Shown in pieces: positions 61,525 to 64,000 of a DNA stretch of 64,000 nt (its first letter is position 1; every line of letters begins with the position of its first letter). The notes under the pieces are model-generated. The model was not told the origin of the DNA and did not search any database. It worked only from the letters and a program-made list of their open reading frames with translations. Source of the stretch: Hemiscyllium ocellatum (Eukaryota); assembly GCF_020745735.1 (NCBI RefSeq), contig NW_026867501.1:186001-250000 (forward strand), given 5' to 3'. Both the position numbers and the translations under genes were made by a program.

Positions 61525-63571
61525 TCTCATTCTCTCCGTGTTTCTTTGTCTATCTCCCTTTATATCAATTTAAGTTTGGTTCTCTTTTCACGATATTTTC
61601 GGGCTCTATATTTCTTTATTTTTCTCGTTTCCTATTGCTCTTAAGTTTTCACTATCATCCCAATTCTGTTCCATTATGATGTTGCACTCTTCCTTTACCT
61701 ATTTCCTTGCCTCTGCCTTTCACATCTGTATTTCAGATTTTCACTCTCCCTCTCTCCGTTTCACTTGACATTTGGCAACACTTTGATCTCTACCATGTAT
61801 TGTGTTATGACCGTGTCTCTGTTCCTCTCTTTTGTATTTTTTTTTCGCTTCTTCATTCTTCACATCATTCAAGCCTCCCTTTGTTTACCTCCCCAAATCA
61901 CGATGCTTTCCCATCTGTTTGTTTTCTTCCTCTCCACGTTGTGGTCTGTGGAGATGAAGCAATCTGTCCAGCTCTGTTGTTTCATTGCTACCTTTCTGAT
62001 GCGTGCAATATTGTGTCTAGTAGTGCAACAGCAGGAAATTGCCATTTGCAGAAAACAAATATGAATCATAGATCTTTCGCCAAGTAAGAAGCATTTCATT
62101 TTTAATCAAGTCTTTATTTTCTAATAAGATTGCAATTATTGAAAGTCGAATTGTTACAAGAAAATACACGTATCATGTGAAGGAAAAAACAGGACTTAAG
62201 TGTTGAAATATATGGATTTCTGAAAGTATGAATCAACATTGAACCGCTGGGTTTAGTTTTAGCTATATTTCTTTGCTGCAGAAATAAAAAGACGAATTTA
62301 CCCTGAAAACTTCAGTTTCCCCGTACCTGAGGATCTAATCTTCGAACTAGGTCAGGGAAAACTAGAAGTTTCTTTTCCAACACTGCACTTGAATCGAATA
62401 CGGTTTACCCCCATCCAGAACTGCCTACAAGTACTAGCGTTGATTCTAGATGTTTATTTGATCAACTAAATTCAAAGTCCACGTTTCTGTGTTCAAAATC
62501 CAGACCATGAAGTCAAATTATTAATCCACCTGGGGTGAATTTCTGACCTTGTAATAATTCCCGATTTTCTGCAGTGAAGAGACAAATACAAGAATTGAGA
62601 TCCCTCTTTGAATAATGTGAGGGAAACCATTTTTTCGAGAAAATCTCTAAATTTACAAGTTGTTGGCATGTTTTCCTGGATATTTATGTCTCATTCTTCT
62701 TGCCATTATTCCCAACATTTCATGCTTCAGTTCAGATAAAAATAAACTGATTATTAATATCGAATTCAAACTGTAAGCTAATTCCACCACCCCAACCCCC
62801 ATTTTTGATTAATTGCTCAAAAACATTTGCCAATTTAAGTGGCTTAAAGCAAGTAAAACGACCGAAGTCGCGATAATGTCATGACCTTCATTTACAACAA
62901 AATTAACCTATATAGATAAGAACCGGATTCACTCTCTTTCTCGATGCTGCGAATTTAGCTGCAGTCGCTTCAATGTTAGTTTGACTTTTGAGGTGAGTTG
63001 ATTTTATTTCGTCCATTGTAACTGTTCCCATGCATGGAGTGCTTTGGAGTACTGGTTGAAATGAGAGAATCGGGGAAATTGGATATTCTACGCATTGTAG
63101 TTCCAGCGACATGGTAGAAGGATATTGATGTTCGGATAGAGTTTGTGAATAGATTTGCAGAGCGTTCATTTGACCGAAGCAGACAGGCATTGAGCAGAAG
63201 GGAAGTCTGCTGATGCAGGGAAAGTCAGAATATAGACAAAGAGAAACAACCGAAGAATGTCGACAAGCAAAAGTGATTGATGTGTGACCTTCATCAGATC
63301 TGAGCAATCAACCAATCTTATTTCTTCAGAAAACCCGCTGTGTTTCCCCATGAGTGAAATATGCCCCGATCTGAATTCACTGTTCTATATCGGATTTGAA
63401 CTCTCAATATATTTGTAGATTCAATTATTACTGTACAAATCTAGAAGGCGTGTCATGTGTCCCATATGCTCCTTGCTAATAATTATGTCCGTACTGCTTG
63501 GTGAGTCTATGTTTAAATGTTCATGAGTTATATTTTCTGACAGATGTTTGATAGATTGTGTTTTTTTGCAG

Positions 63572-63915
63572 GGACTAATAGCGAAGATGCAACATTCCAG
63601 GATCCGCACGAATTCGTAGTCCTGGAAGGACAGAACATAACGCTGAACTGCAGTAAGGCGACATCTTCTGTTCCAACTGTGTTTTGATACATTCAGCATC
63701 CTGGGGACACTGCGGGATATTTAGTGAAAGCATATGTTTCGGGGGGAAGGGAGAAACCTCCCAACATGTTCAAGACAGGTTCTCTCCTATTTTGTCCAAA
63801 GAAAACAACATGTTTCATTTCAAAGTCGCTCGAGTTCTTCTCTCCGACACCGCCGTGTCGTTTTGTGCTTTGGAACCTACACTGCTGTAAATACTTCAGT
63901 TGCTATACAGAAATG
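63572..63915 (+). pseudogene. TCR V-alpha/delta pseudogene
   Basis: Acceptor TTTTGCAG|; GTNSEDATFQDPHEFVVLEGQNITLNCSKATSSVPTVF*YIQHPG (Trp41 to TGA), frameshift, QDRFSPILSKENNMFHFKVARVLLSDTAVSFCALEP; broken heptamer TACACTG (63878-63884), 22 nt, ACAGAAATG. Confidence 0.88.
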
Positions 63916-64000
63916 TACCTTGAGACTTCCAACTGATGTCCACGTGAGGGAGTTCCAGACCAATAAACTCAGTCAATAATACAACACCCAGGATGAGAAT

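Noticed and set aside
61206-62099. Hydrophobic ORFs suggesting membrane proteins
   Set aside because: Artefacts of CT-rich low-complexity sequence

Overview
Cartilaginous-fish (shark-like) genomic DNA from the variable-segment region of the T-cell receptor alpha/delta locus. The centrepiece is an apparently intact NAR-TCR cassette: leader + IgNAR-like V with 23-RSS (34392-34893), a 12/12-RSS D (35208-35278), a 23-RSS J with splice donor (35589-35680), and a leaderless supporting V-delta exon (40874-41183). That supporting V is followed by a tandemly triplicated ~60-bp 23-RSS unit whose second copy is a perfect consensus RSS. The window also holds one intact conventional V-alpha/delta gene (13781-14787) with an ETS/CRE-decamer/CCAAT promoter and at least six V pseudogenes in both orientations. 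A decayed GPR139-like GPCR exon lies at 47.4-48.3 kb. Mobile DNA includes two Gmr1-type (integrase-before-RT) Gypsy LTR elements, many CR1 LINE fragments, Penelope-like elements and tRNA-derived SINEs. Several short Penelope-tail insertions are palindromic and carry hammerhead-ribozyme-like cores. All calls are by eye from sequence; no database searches were run, and repeat boundaries are approximate.
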